Assembly: GCA_963704725.1 (NCBI GenBank) | Contig: OY969934.1 | Location: forward strand, 3,200,001-3,264,000 | Length of the DNA: 64,000 nucleotides | From: an uncultured Actinomycetes bacterium | GTDB lineage: Bacteria; Actinomycetota; UBA4738; HRBIN12 | Reading direction: 5' to 3' | In this document: one piece after another, positions 40,460 to 51,102 of the stretch | How positions within the stretch are numbered: the stretch's first letter is position 1 | Layout of the letters: every line of letters begins with the position of its first letter | Notes under the pieces: generated by a model | What the model saw: the letters and a program-made list of their open reading frames with translations, nothing else | Told to the model about the DNA's origin: nothing | The model's database searches: none | Made by a program: the position numbers and the translations under genes

Positions 40460-42923
40460 TCACGCCCTCGATCGCTCGCCGTTCGGATCGAACAGGGGGT
40501 CCGAGGCGACCGTCGCCGGGATCCGCTCGTCGAAGTACTCGACCTCCACGGGTGTGCCCTCCATCGCAAGCTCGGCCGGCAGGTAGCCGTAGACGATGCC
40601 GCGGCCGATCGAGTAGCCGTAGCCGGCGGAGGTCACGTAGCTCACGACCTCGCCTCCGTGGCGGATCGGCTCCTTGCCCATGACGACCGCGGTCGGATCG
40701 TCGAGCGTCATCGGCACCAGTCGGCGCCGGACGCCCTCCTCGCGGATCCGCTCCAGTGCGGCCCGTCCCTGGAAGTCCTTGTCCCAGCGAACGGCGAAGC
40801 CGAGCCCGGCCTCGAGCGGATCGCGCTCGATGTCGAGATCCTGCCCCCACAGGCGATACCCCTTCTCCAGCCGCAACGTGTCGAACGCGCCGAGCCCCGC
40901 CGCGACGAGTCCGTGCTCGCGCCCCGCCTCCCACAGGACCTCCCACGCCCGGTTCCCCATCGCGAACTGTCCGTACAGCTCCCAGCCGAGCTCGCCGGCG
41001 TAGCTGACCCGCTGCGCCCACACGGGCCCGACCTCGCCGACGTTCAAGTAGCGGGCGGTCAGGTAGGGGAACGCCTCGTTGCTCACGTCGGCGTCGGTGA
41101 CCGCGCGCAGGATCTCCCGCGCGTTCGGCCCCCACAGGCCGAGCGCGAACAGCGACCCCGTGCGCTCGGTGATCGTGACGCGCTCGTCGGCCCGGACCTG
41201 CGACCGCATCCACGCCAGGTCGTGCTGCCCGGACCCGCTGCCGGTGATGACGCGGAACAGGTCCTCCTCCTTGCGGGTCACGGTGACGTCGCAGCGGATC
41301 CCGCCGCGCGGCGTGAGCATCGCCGTGTGCACGATCGTGCCGACGGGCCGGTCGATCCGGTTGGCGCAGATCCGCTCGAGGAACTCGAGCGCGTCCGGGC
41401 CGGTCACGTCGAGCTTGGCGAACGGCGTGAGATCGAACAGCGCCGCGCGCGATCGCGTCGCGAGGTGCTCGGCGCCCTCGATCGGGGACCAGTACTTCGC
41501 GGCCCACTCGTTCCGGGTCTCCCAGGGCGCCCCGCCGAGCAGCGGGCGATTGACCTCGAACCACTGCGGCCGCTCCCAACCCGCGCCCGTGACGAACTCG
41601 GCGCCCAGCTCGACGTGCCTGGCGTAGAAGGGCGTGAGCCGGAGCCTGCGGGGCCGCAGCATCTGCCGGCGCGGATGGATGACGTCGTCCACCTCGCGGT
41701 ACTGCTGCTTGCCGCGCTCGAGCACGTACGGTGGGGTGGTCGCGTACGGGTAGAAGCGGTTCGCATCGGCCTCGGCCAGGTCGTACGAGGGCTCGCCGAG
41801 GACCATCCACTCGGCCACCTGCCGTCCCATGCCGCCGCCGTGCGTCACCCGCACCGCCTCGCACACCCACACGCCGCGGACCTTCGCCGACTCGCCGACG
41901 ATCGAGCCGCCGTCCGGCGTGAACGAGAGCATCCCGTTGATCGAGCGGTCGGGATCGGCGGGCCGCATCCGGCCGGCCAGCGCCGGAAGCAGGCGCGCGG
42001 CCTCGGCCTCGGCGACGTCGAAGTCGCGCGGCGTCCACGTCATGAGCGAGGGCATCGGCCCGGCTCCCGGACGCCGGAGCGCCGACTGCGGCGTGGCGAT
42101 CGGCTCGTGGTGGTAGTTGCCGACCGCGTAGTGGTCCTCGCGGTGACGGAGGTACACGGCCATGTCCGGATGACGCAGGATGGGGTGAACCACCTCGCGT
42201 GCCTCGCCCTCGAGCTCGGGGACCGGGTCGGTCCACACGAGCTGGTGCTGCACCGCGACCAATGGGAATCGGGACGCCGGCCATCGCGCCGACGGTCGGC
42301 CCCCAGATCCCGGCGCAGATCAGGACGCGCTCGCACTCGACGTCGCCGAGATCGGTCCGGACGCCGCGCACCCGGCCCTCGCGGACGTCGAACCCGGTCA
42401 CGGTCACGCCGCCCTCGAAGGACGCACCGTGCGCCTCGGCGCCTCGCGCGAGCGCCGTGGCCAGCCGGACCGTCTTCGCGATGCCGTCGCTCGGCACGAG
42501 GTACGCGCCGAGGATCGTCGAGGGATCGAGCAGCGGGATCTTCGCGGCGGCCTCGGCCGGCGTGAGCAGCTCGGCGCCCGGGAGGCCCCACGACCGCGCG
42601 AACCCGAGCCGCCGCTTCAGCTCCCGCATCCGTTCGGGCGTCGTCGCCACCTCGATCCCGCCGACCCCGTACCATCCCGGCTCGCCGTCGAGCTCGAGCG
42701 TCCGGTACAGGGCGACCGCGTCCTGCGCGATCCGGCACATCGTCCTCGAGGGGTTCGTCTGGAAGACGAGCCCGGGCGCGTGCGAGGTCGACCCACCCGT
42801 CTCGAACAGCGGACCCTGGTCGAGGACGAGGACGTCGGCCGCACCGAGCTCGGCCAGGTGGTACGCGGCGCTCGTGCCGACCATCCCGGCGCCGACGACG
42901 ACGGTCTCCGCCCGCTCGCGCAT
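40460..42923 (-). pseudogene. GcvT-family FAD-dependent oxidoreductase (dimethylglycine/sarcosine oxidase type), split by a frameshift near 42265
   Basis: VVGAGMVG and GSTSHAPG in the first frame; GWERP, YAGELGWE, LRLEKGY in the second frame; removing one base restores GVPIPLVAVQHQ. Confidence 0.85.
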
Positions 42924-42987
42924 CAGGACCCCGAGGTTCGCCGTCGCCGGGTGCGGCGACGAGCCGGCGGTTGCGAGCGCTGCAACC

Positions 42988-44205
42988 TCACGCGGCGTCG
43001 GCGAGCTGGCGGCGGACGCGCCGGGCGATCGTCTCGCCGATCGCGAGGCACGCGGTCGCGGCCGGCGAGGGAGCGTTCAGGACCAGGACGCGGCCCGGCG
43101 CCTCGCCCAGGGCGAAGTCGTCGAGCAGCTCGCCGCCCCGGCTGAGGAGCTGCGCCCGGATCCCCGAGAACCGCTCGCCGAGGTGCCGACCCTCGAGCGC
43201 CGGGACGTACCGCCGGCACGCCTGGAGGAACGCCCGGTCCGAGACGTCGCGGCGGATCTCGGACGCGCCGGAGCCGAGGTGCCGCCGGGCCAGGCGCCAC
43301 AGCCCCGGATAGGCGAGCGCGTCGAGCGCGTCGCGGGGCGACAGCGAGCGGCGTCGCAGCCCCTCCCGCGAGAGCGCGGGGACGGCGTTCGGTCCGATCC
43401 ACACCGAGCCGTCGGGCTGCGGCGTGAAGTGGACGCCGAGGAACGGCAGCGTCGGATCCGGCACCGGGTACACGAGCCCCCGCACGAGGTCCTTCGCCTC
43501 CGCCGTCAGCGCGCGGTACGTGCCGCGGAAGGGCACGACGCGGTGCGGCGTCCGCATGCCCAGCATCGAGGCGGCGCGGTCGGCCTGCAGGCCGGCGCAC
43601 GCGACGACGACGCGGGCGGGCAGCTCGCGGGTGTCGGTGACGACCAGGCGGGCGCGACCGTCCTCGGCGGTCGAACGGACGGCCTCGCCGAGCACCACCT
43701 GCCCCCCGAGCCCCCGGACGTCCTCCGCGAGCCGTTCGGCGACCCGCCGGAAGTCCACGACGGCCGTGCCCGGCACGTGGAGCGCCCGGACGCCCGTCAC
43801 CTCCGGCTCGAGCTCGTGGATCGCCGAGGCGTCGAGCATCTCGATGCCGTCGATCCCGTTCGCCCGGCCGCGCTCGTACAGGGCTTCGAGCCGCTCGACC
43901 TCGGCGTCTTCGACCGCCACGACGAGCTTGCCGAGGCGATGGACGTCGATCCCGCGCCGCTCCGCGTAGGACTCGAGCTCGCGCTTGCCCGTCGTGCACA
44001 GCGCCGCCCGCAGCGAATCCGGCCGATAGTAGATGCCCGAGTGCAGCACGTTGGAGTTGTGGCCGCTCTGGTGCCGCGCGACCTCGGTCTCCTTCTCGAC
44101 GAGGGTCAGCGACAGGCCGGGCGACGACTCGAGCAGCCGGTACGCGGTGGCGAGGCCGACGAGACCGCCTCCGATCACCACCACGTCGAGCGCCGAGGAC
44201 CGCAC
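42988..44205 (-). CDS. lhgO: L-2-hydroxyglutarate oxidase
   Basis: IGGGLVG, HQSGHNSNVLHSGIYY, YPVPDP..PFLGVH, GIRAQ, NAPSPAATA. Confidence 0.85.
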   Translation of the reverse strand: MRSSALDVVVIGGGLVGLATAYRLLESSPGLSLTLVEKETEVARHQSGHNSNVLHSGIYYRPDSLRAALCTTGKRELESYAERRGIDVHRLGKLVVAVEDAEVERLEALYERGRANGIDGIEMLDASAIHELEPEVTGVRALHVPGTAVVDFRRVAERLAEDVRGLGGQVVLGEAVRSTAEDGRARLVVTDTRELPARVVVACAGLQADRAASMLGMRTPHRVVPFRGTYRALTAEAKDLVRGLVYPVPDPTLPFLGVHFTPQPDGSVWIGPNAVPALSREGLRRRSLSPRDALDALAYPGLWRLARRHLGSGASEIRRDVSDRAFLQACRRYVPALEGRHLGERFSGIRAQLLSRGGELLDDFALGEAPGRVLVLNAPSPAATACLAIGETIARRVRRQLADAA

Positions 44206-44222
44206 GGCCCCCAACGTACGAC

Positions 44223-44840
44223 TCAGCGGCGGCGGTCCGCGAGGCGGCGGCTCGCCGGCAGCAGCGTGGCGGCGATCGCCAGCTTGAGCGCGTCGCCCGC
44301 GAGGAAGGGCTTGAAGCCGAGGCTCACCGCCCGGCCAAGCGACACCCCGAGCGCGGCTGCCAGCCAGGGCACGCCGACCGCATACAGCACGACCTCGCCG
44401 AGCACCATCGCGCCGGCGGCCCGCCGGACCGAGCGGTCCCAGCCCCGCTCGACGAGCCATCCGACCGCAGCCGCCGCCAGGACGAACCCCCACAGGTAGC
44501 CGCCCGTCGCCGAGGACAGCCCGAGCAGGCTCACGCCCGAGGACCCGCCCGAGAAGAACGGGGCCCCCAGCGCCCCCTGTGCCAGGTACAGCCCGAGCGA
44601 GGCCGCCCCGAGCCCGATCCCGAGCGAGGCCCCGACCAGCAGCACGCCCAGGGTCTGACCGGTCACCGGCACGGGCGTGAAGGGCACTCGAACCTCGACC
44701 TGCGCGAGCCCGGCGATCAGCCAGCTCCCCGCCAGCGCGAGCAGCGGACGCACGGCCGCTCCCGTCCCGGCGCGAACGGAGAGCTCGACGGCGACCGCCG
44801 GGCGACGTGGCTGCGCGAACGGGGATCGTGGTCGGTTCAT
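44223..44840 (-). CDS. bioY: Biotin transporter BioY
   Basis: PFTPVPVTGQT, GAPFFSGG, TGGYLWGF, PFLAGDALK. Confidence 0.9.
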   Translation of the reverse strand: MNRPRSPFAQPRRPAVAVELSVRAGTGAAVRPLLALAGSWLIAGLAQVEVRVPFTPVPVTGQTLGVLLVGASLGIGLGAASLGLYLAQGALGAPFFSGGSSGVSLLGLSSATGGYLWGFVLAAAAVGWLVERGWDRSVRRAAGAMVLGEVVLYAVGVPWLAAALGVSLGRAVSLGFKPFLAGDALKLAIAATLLPASRRLADRRR

Positions 44841-45137
44841 CGCGATGGCCTCGCAGAATAGCCCGCGCTGACCAATCCGGACCGCGAGGAGAGAGACACT
44901 GACCGCCGCGCGCCGCTCTCAGGACAGCCTGGCGCTTTCTCACGCGGCGCACGCGCCGTATGGCGAACGGGTGTCCTTTCGGGTCCCGCTTCGCTGGGAC
45001 ATGCGTCTCTTCCCCGGCCGGGCCGTTCAGAAGAGACTCGTCGGAGCTGAGGACGGGTGGTCGCGTGCCAACGCCCATATAGTGCATCGTCGAAGCGAGG
45101 GCATACTACGGTCCCTCGGAGCACCGGGAGGCCTGAG

Positions 45138-46467
45138 ATGAGATCGGGCTGGCGAATCCTCTTGATCTTCATCGCGGCAACCTCCCTCCTGGGGATCGGA
45201 TGGAACCACTCGGCGAAAGACGCCTCATTTGCGGACTCCGGGTGCCAACGCGTTCCGTCGCCGCCTTGGCTGAACCTTCCGAAGGCGGTGGAGGCAGACT
45301 CGGTACCCGATCTCTCGAGCTTCCTTGAGACCCTGAACGCGGCCATCGGTCCTGACCGACTCTCTGGGACGTGGTTCGGGAACGATGGGGACGCCTTGAC
45401 ACTCCATCTGGGGATTACCTCGCCAACGGAGGCAGACGTTGCATCCGTGCTCCATGCTCTCAAGGGCGAAGATTCGCTCGATGGCGTTCCCCTTGTCTTG
45501 GTCGATGTTCCGCTCGGCTCCTCTGAACTTAGTGAGATCCAGGAGAAGGTCGATGCCGTGCTGACAGAGCAGCAAGTTGAGTACACAAGCACTGTGCGCC
45601 CCGACCTTGGCATCCTCGAAACAGAGGTGTGGGGCACAGATACCAGCGCTGTCACCGACGCGATCGGACCACTGGCGGAACGATGCATCGTCAGCGTGCT
45701 CGATGGGGAAGAACGCAACAGATATGCCGCGATGGTGGGGAGATCCGATCAGCCGCCATACAAGGCGGGCAAGCGCATCCATGTTCTCGTTCGAACGGGC
45801 GGGACCGGAGAAACGGGTACGGACAGCAACTGCACAGCCGGATTCGTCTTCGAGACCGAGGGCGAGGGCGAGCAGCCTCTTCGGCAGTACAGCTGGGCAC
45901 TGCTCTCAGTACGACAACATTGGGATGCTCGTCTCTGATGACGAGTTCGAATTCACCACCGTCGGGACCACGGTTCCCCCGAACCTCTTCCGTGCCACGG
46001 GCCCGGCAATCGGTGACGCGGTGCTATTCACGATCGATTTCGAACGCGAAGACATCCACACGCAGATCATCGTGAACTCGAACTTCCAACGACTGGTGAC
46101 CGGCCAGAAGAACCCCTCCCAGCTATCGCTCGGCCTAAGCATCTGCCACTCTGGCGCCAGAACCGCAGTCGAGATGTGCGGTCCGATAGGCTCTCTGTCA
46201 CAAACCGTTTCCTTCGTCTTCGAGAACAACGACACGTTCCCACCAACACTGCTACAGAAGCAGGTACGGAACAACGTCTGCTTCTCGACCACAGCCATGC
46301 AGGGGGACAGTGGCGCTGGCGTCTACCAGAAGTCCGGGTCGACCGATGCGTTCGCCGTCGCGCTCCTTTCGTCAGCCTCCTCATCGAACGTCTGGGGTAC
46401 ACCGATCAATAGGATTGCGACCGACACCGGCTCTCACCTCTGGCTGGGTGACGGAATCCCGACGTGA
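45138..46467 (+). pseudogene. Secreted S1 (streptogrisin/alpha-lytic-like) serine protease, frameshifted near 45870
   Basis: Signal peptide, prodomain and CTAGF in one frame; TAGHC, D and GDSG in the +1 frame; visibly less GC-rich than the host. Confidence 0.78.
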
Positions 46468-46540
46468 CGTCGTCGACGAGGCCGCGACCGGCGGACCCGA
46501 CGAGCCGGCTCCGCCGCCGACCTCTGACTGTCCTAGGAGC

Positions 46541-46577
46541 GATGGCCGGCGCCGTCCCGTGGACGACGCCGGCCATC
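46541..46577. terminator. Probable bidirectional terminator hairpin
   Basis: GATGGCCGGCG...CGCCGGCCATC between convergent genes. Confidence 0.7.
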
Positions 46578-46584
46578 CAATCGC

Positions 46585-47436
46585 CTACGGCAGGAAGTAG
46601 TTCGGGTTCGGCATCTTGAACGTGCGGTTGGCGAACCCGCCGTTCAGGTCGCTGAACTGGTCACCGAAGTTGCCCACGATGTCGTACCCGAGCGACTCGA
46701 TGTGGGCCCGGGTGCCGGACTTGTACAGGACCGTCGGGCACGACACGCCGGCGGCGATCGACGGCCCGCAGAACTCCGGCGTATTCAGGTAGTCGGGGTA
46801 GGAACCGACCGGTGGCTTGGTGAACAGACCGTCCTCGCCGTCGTTCAGCGTGGAGGGCATCGGGTACCCGGCGTCGACGCCGATCCCGTCGGAGGTCAGG
46901 TTCCCGAGCGTGGCCGCCTCCTGAGCAGCACCCCTGCCGGTGAGGAAGACGATCGTGTACCCGGCCTGCCCGGCGGCGTTCACGAGGTCCACCATGCCCG
47001 GTACGGCCGGGAACGCCTGATCGGTCACGAACTGCGAGTTCGTCCCGAAGTTGAAGGCCCAGTTGCTGAAGATCTCGTAGTTCCACGTGGCGAGCGTCGT
47101 GTCGTCGACATCGAGCACGATCGTCTTCGTGGAGTCCACGGTGTGGCCGAGCTTCAGGTAGTGACCGGCGTTGGCGGCGACGCCCCGCGCCTCGCGCGCG
47201 TAGTAGCTGTCGTCCGCGAACACCCCCGTACCGAGCGGATCGCCGTAGTAGTTCCGGATCTGCTGGCGCAGGACGTCCAGGTTGGTGATCTGCCGCTCCG
47301 AGTGCGGCGTGATCGTCTGGATCGCCGGATCGGCTGCCCAGACCGCCACCGCCCCCCCGACCAGACTCACGACTGCGACTCCGACGATCACGGCCAGCCG
47401 CGGTGATCGCCTGAGCCACGACGTACGACGCTTCAT
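46585..47436 (-). CDS. Secreted HAD-superfamily class B acid phosphatase
   Basis: Signal peptide; VLDVDDT, FLTGR, GDQFSDL, KMPNPNY. Confidence 0.88.
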   Translation of the reverse strand: MKRRTSWLRRSPRLAVIVGVAVVSLVGGAVAVWAADPAIQTITPHSERQITNLDVLRQQIRNYYGDPLGTGVFADDSYYAREARGVAANAGHYLKLGHTVDSTKTIVLDVDDTTLATWNYEIFSNWAFNFGTNSQFVTDQAFPAVPGMVDLVNAAGQAGYTIVFLTGRGAAQEAATLGNLTSDGIGVDAGYPMPSTLNDGEDGLFTKPPVGSYPDYLNTPEFCGPSIAAGVSCPTVLYKSGTRAHIESLGYDIVGNFGDQFSDLNGGFANRTFKMPNPNYFLP

Positions 47437-47519
47437 GACGCCTCCTCTCTTCGACGCACTTGGAACCCTCCGACCCCATGACCCTATGACCATCCGGCCC
47501 GGTCGGGGAAGTTGGCTCG

Positions 47520-48125
47520 TCAGGCACCCGTGGACCGGCCGAAGAACGAGCTCTCGACCACGTAGAACAGCGCGATCGCGGCGTACAGGATCGCGCTCGT
47601 CGTCGGACTGACCAGGGCGACGAGCGTCGCGATCAGGTAGATCCACGGGCCGGGCAGGTAGCTCCGGGAGATCCCGCTCACCACGCGCTCCTCGGCGTCT
47701 GCTCGCAGGAGTCGCCGCCCCAGCGCCGCGGAGAACCAGATCACGTTGAACATCACGGCCGTCGCCGTGAGCGTGATGCCGTACGCGAGCGCGGCCGCCC
47801 GCGCCCCGTCCTCGCGCAGGTGCTCGGCGAGCAGGCGGGTGGGGAACGGGATGAAGGCCACGCACATCAGGAAGCCAACGTTGGCGAGCAGGAACCGGCG
47901 GTCGGCCCGCTCGATCAGGCTCATCACCTGGTGGTGGTTGACCCAGACGATCCCGATCGTCACGAAGCTCACCGCGTAGCCGACGTATGACGGCCAGGCC
48001 CGCAGCAGTTCGCCGCCGAGGTCTGTCGTCCCCTCCCGGATCGCGCCGTCGACGTTCAGGATGAGCAGCGTGGCCGCGATCGCGAACACGCCGTCGGCGA
48101 ACGTCTCCAGGCGATCGGTGCGCAT
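47520..48125 (-). CDS. TMEM175-family potassium channel
   Basis: RLETFADGVFAIAATLL, SF..IG..WVNHH, FIPFPT. Confidence 0.9.
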   Translation of the reverse strand: MRTDRLETFADGVFAIAATLLILNVDGAIREGTTDLGGELLRAWPSYVGYAVSFVTIGIVWVNHHQVMSLIERADRRFLLANVGFLMCVAFIPFPTRLLAEHLREDGARAAALAYGITLTATAVMFNVIWFSAALGRRLLRADAEERVVSGISRSYLPGPWIYLIATLVALVSPTTSAILYAAIALFYVVESSFFGRSTGA

Positions 48126-48145
48126 CGGCCGATGGTAGCCGCGAC

Positions 48146-49006
48146 TCAGGCCAGGCCGAGGAGCAGCAGCCCGGCCAGGGTCAGCACGACCCCGCCCCAC
48201 TGGTTGGGGACGAGCCGTTCGCGCAGGAAGCCGATCGACAGGGCGACGGCGATCGCGGGGAAGATCGCGCTGGCGGCCAGGACGATCGACAGGAGCCCGC
48301 GCTCGGCGCCGGCCGAGTAGGTGGTCACGCCGAGGAGATCGGCCGCGCCGGCGAACAGGGCGATCGCCACGCCGGCCGCGGCGCCGGGCAGCGTGGGGAC
48401 ACGGGCGAACGCCCCTCGGCGCGCGGCGACGAGCGGGACGTACGAGATCACCTGCGCGACGCGCGACGCGCCGAGCCCGAGGATCCACCCGAGCTCCTGC
48501 GCGGCCCGCCCCAGGATGAACGCCGCCACGCCGAAGCCGACCGCCGAGACGATCGCCCACGGCACCCCGGGCGCGTGTCCGCGGATGCCGGCTCGGAGCG
48601 CCCGGAGGTCGGTCGACACCAGCGCCACCCCGGCCACCGTGACGCCGGCGCCCACCAGAGCGAGGCCGCCGGGCCGCTCGTCGTGGATGAGCATGGCGAG
48701 GGCGATCCCGACGACGGCGAACGACGCGCCGATCGGCGAGACGACGGCGACGGGCCCGAGCTCGAGCGCCCGGTAGTGCGTGGCGTACGCGATCGCCGTG
48801 AAGATCCCGTTCAGCGCGAGGGGCCCGAGGAACGTGCTCACCCGCGACACGTCCTGCCCGGTGACGACCATCAGGACGACCATGAACGCCGCCGAGAAGA
48901 CCTGGCCGATGACCACGGCGGGCAGGCTCCCGATCCGACGCCCGCCGAGCGCCCCCGCATAGTCCGCGAGCCCCCAGCCGAGCGCCGCCGCCAGACCGAA
49001 GATCAC
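48146..49006 (-). CDS. EamA/DMT family transporter
   Basis: About 10 hydrophobic segments; YRALELGPVAVVSP, FLRERL. Confidence 0.85.
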   Translation of the reverse strand: MIFGLAAALGWGLADYAGALGGRRIGSLPAVVIGQVFSAAFMVVLMVVTGQDVSRVSTFLGPLALNGIFTAIAYATHYRALELGPVAVVSPIGASFAVVGIALAMLIHDERPGGLALVGAGVTVAGVALVSTDLRALRAGIRGHAPGVPWAIVSAVGFGVAAFILGRAAQELGWILGLGASRVAQVISYVPLVAARRGAFARVPTLPGAAAGVAIALFAGAADLLGVTTYSAGAERGLLSIVLAASAIFPAIAVALSIGFLRERLVPNQWGGVVLTLAGLLLLGLA

Positions 49007-51102
49007 GCGGGCCGGGCCTCGGCGAGCGCGTCCACGGCGACCACGCCCCGGCGGCCGACGAGCAGCGGGTTCGCCTCGAGCGAGACGAGCCGGTGGCGCA
49101 GGTCGTGCGCGGCCAGGGCGATCGACCGGACCGCCCCGGCGAACGCCCGCAGGTCGTGCCGGTCCGGGTCGAGGCCGCACCGAGCGGCCTGCTCGAGGAC
49201 GTACCGGCGAGCCTGCGCCGGCGACAGCGGCGCCGGGACGAACGCCGCCTCGCCGGCCTCCGCCATCGCCCCGCCGGGGCGAACCGTCACGAGCGCGCCG
49301 AACCGGTCCTCGACGACCGCTCCGACGAGCACCTCGGTCCCGGTGGCCATGCGCTGGACGAGCACGCGCGGCGAGCTCGCGCCGGCTCGCGTCGCCGCCC
49401 GCAGGACCTCGGCCGCGGCGGCCTCGACGTCGTCGGGGGTCGACAGGCCGAGCCGGACGCCGCCGATCGTGCCCTTGTGCGGGATCTCCGCCGCGAGCGC
49501 CTTCACGGCGACCGGGAGGCCGATCGCAAGCGCCGCCGCCGCGGCGGCGGCCGGTGTCCGCGCCACCGTTCCCCGGGGGCGGCGGACGCCGTAGAGCTCG
49601 AGCAGGGTCGCGGCCCGAACCTCATCGAGGGGGCCGGACCGGCCGCGGAGCGCCCGGAGCGCCCGCGCTCGGTTGGGATGGGGCGCGACCTCGACGATCC
49701 GGCGACCCCGCGAGCCCTGGAGCTCGACGAGCGCGCGGATCGCGCCGGCCGCCGCCCGGTGACCCTGGAGGAACGGCAGCGGATGGCTCCGCACGGCGGC
49801 CCGGGCCGCCTCGCCGTACGACAGCGCGCTCATGGCGACCGAGGCGAACGCGACGCCCGTGGTCCGTCGGAGCTCGCGCACCCGGTGCAGCACCGGCTCG
49901 GCCCACGCGTCGCCGTCCTCGAGTCGCGGCGGGAAGGCGTCGAACGCGACGAGCCCGACGGCCGGATCGCTCGCGAGCGCCTCGAGCGCGGCGCCGAACA
50001 TGTCGGTCTCGACGGCCGCCTGGCCCGTCACGTCGAGCGGGTTGTTCGGCGACGCGAACGGCGGCAGCGCGCGCCGGAGCGCGGCTTTCGTCGCCGCGGC
50101 GAGCTCCGGCAGCTCGAGCCCCCGGGAAGCGGCCGCATCCGCGAACAGCGTGCACGCCCCGCCCGACTGGAACGCGGCCGCGACCCCGCTCGTCCGCAGC
50201 CGCCGATGGTGCGAGAGCAGCACCGCGGTCTCGAACAACGTCACCGGGTCCTCCACGAGGATCGCCCCGTGGCCCCGGAGCCACGCGTCGCGCAGCGCGG
50301 TGTCGCCCGCCAGCGCGCCCGTGTGCGCCACGATCGAGCGCCGGACCGCCTCGCTCCGGCCCTCGGGCGCGCACACGAGGACCGGCTTGCCGGCCGCGCC
50401 GAGCGCGTCGAGACCCCGGCCGATGCCCTCGACGTCACGCATCGTCTCGAGGTAGGTGGCCACGAGCGAGGTGTGCGGGTCGGCGGCCGCCCACTCGAAC
50501 AGGTCGCCCAGCCCGAGCACCGCCTCGTTCCCCACCCCGAGGACGATCCGCAGGCCCACCGCCCGGTCCGAGGCGAGCTGGCTCATCGTCCAGGCCACGG
50601 TCCCGGACTGGCTGATCACCGCGATCGATCCCGCCACCGGCCGGGGCGGCGGGGTGGCGCCGTACGGCGCCACGCGGTCGACGTAGTTGACGAACCCCTC
50701 GACGTTCGGGCCGAGCACGGGTATGCGGTTCCGCAACGCCGCGGCCCGCAGCTCTTCCTGGAGCGCGCGCCCCGTGGGACCCGATTCGGCGAACCCGGAC
50801 GACACCACCAGGACCGAGCGCGCTCCGGCCCGGCCGCAGTCGTCGATCGTCTCGACCACGACGCGCGCCGGGACGACGAGCACGACGAGGTCGACGCCCC
50901 GCGGCAGGTCGAGCACCGACGCCGCGCACGAGCGCCCCCACACCTGGTCGTACTTGGGGTTGACGGGGAGGATCTCGCCCTCGAACCCGATGTGCCGCAA
51001 CGATCCGTGGATCTCGGGGGCCCAGGAGGAGGACGCTTCCGAGGCGCCGACGATCGCGATGGATCGCGGCGCGAGGAGCGGCCGGAGGTCGCGGCGGGTC
51101 AC
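49003..51102 (-). CDS. ADP-forming acyl-CoA ligase (second copy)
   Basis: LLAPRSIAIVGAS, GPN, SQSG, AHTGALAG, NPLDVTG, HKGTIGGV, EANPL; GTGA overlap with the crotonase. Confidence 0.88.
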   Translation of the reverse strand: MTRRDLRPLLAPRSIAIVGASEASSSWAPEIHGSLRHIGFEGEILPVNPKYDQVWGRSCAASVLDLPRGVDLVVLVVPARVVVETIDDCGRAGARSVLVVSSGFAESGPTGRALQEELRAAALRNRIPVLGPNVEGFVNYVDRVAPYGATPPPRPVAGSIAVISQSGTVAWTMSQLASDRAVGLRIVLGVGNEAVLGLGDLFEWAAADPHTSLVATYLETMRDVEGIGRGLDALGAAGKPVLVCAPEGRSEAVRRSIVAHTGALAGDTALRDAWLRGHGAILVEDPVTLFETAVLLSHHRRLRTSGVAAAFQSGGACTLFADAAASRGLELPELAAATKAALRRALPPFASPNNPLDVTGQAAVETDMFGAALEALASDPAVGLVAFDAFPPRLEDGDAWAEPVLHRVRELRRTTGVAFASVAMSALSYGEAARAAVRSHPLPFLQGHRAAAGAIRALVELQGSRGRRIVEVAPHPNRARALRALRGRSGPLDEVRAATLLELYGVRRPRGTVARTPAAAAAAALAIGLPVAVKALAAEIPHKGTIGGVRLGLSTPDDVEAAAAEVLRAATRAGASSPRVLVQRMATGTEVLVGAVVEDRFGALVTVRPGGAMAEAGEAAFVPAPLSPAQARRYVLEQAARCGLDPDRHDLRAFAGAVRSIALAAHDLRHRLVSLEANPLLVGRRGVVAVDALAEARPA

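Noticed and set aside
44885-44935. Glycine-riboswitch-like words GGAGAGA and CTCTCAGG
   Set aside because: The central CCGAAGG motif is missing, and the orientation points away from the GcvT-family gene.
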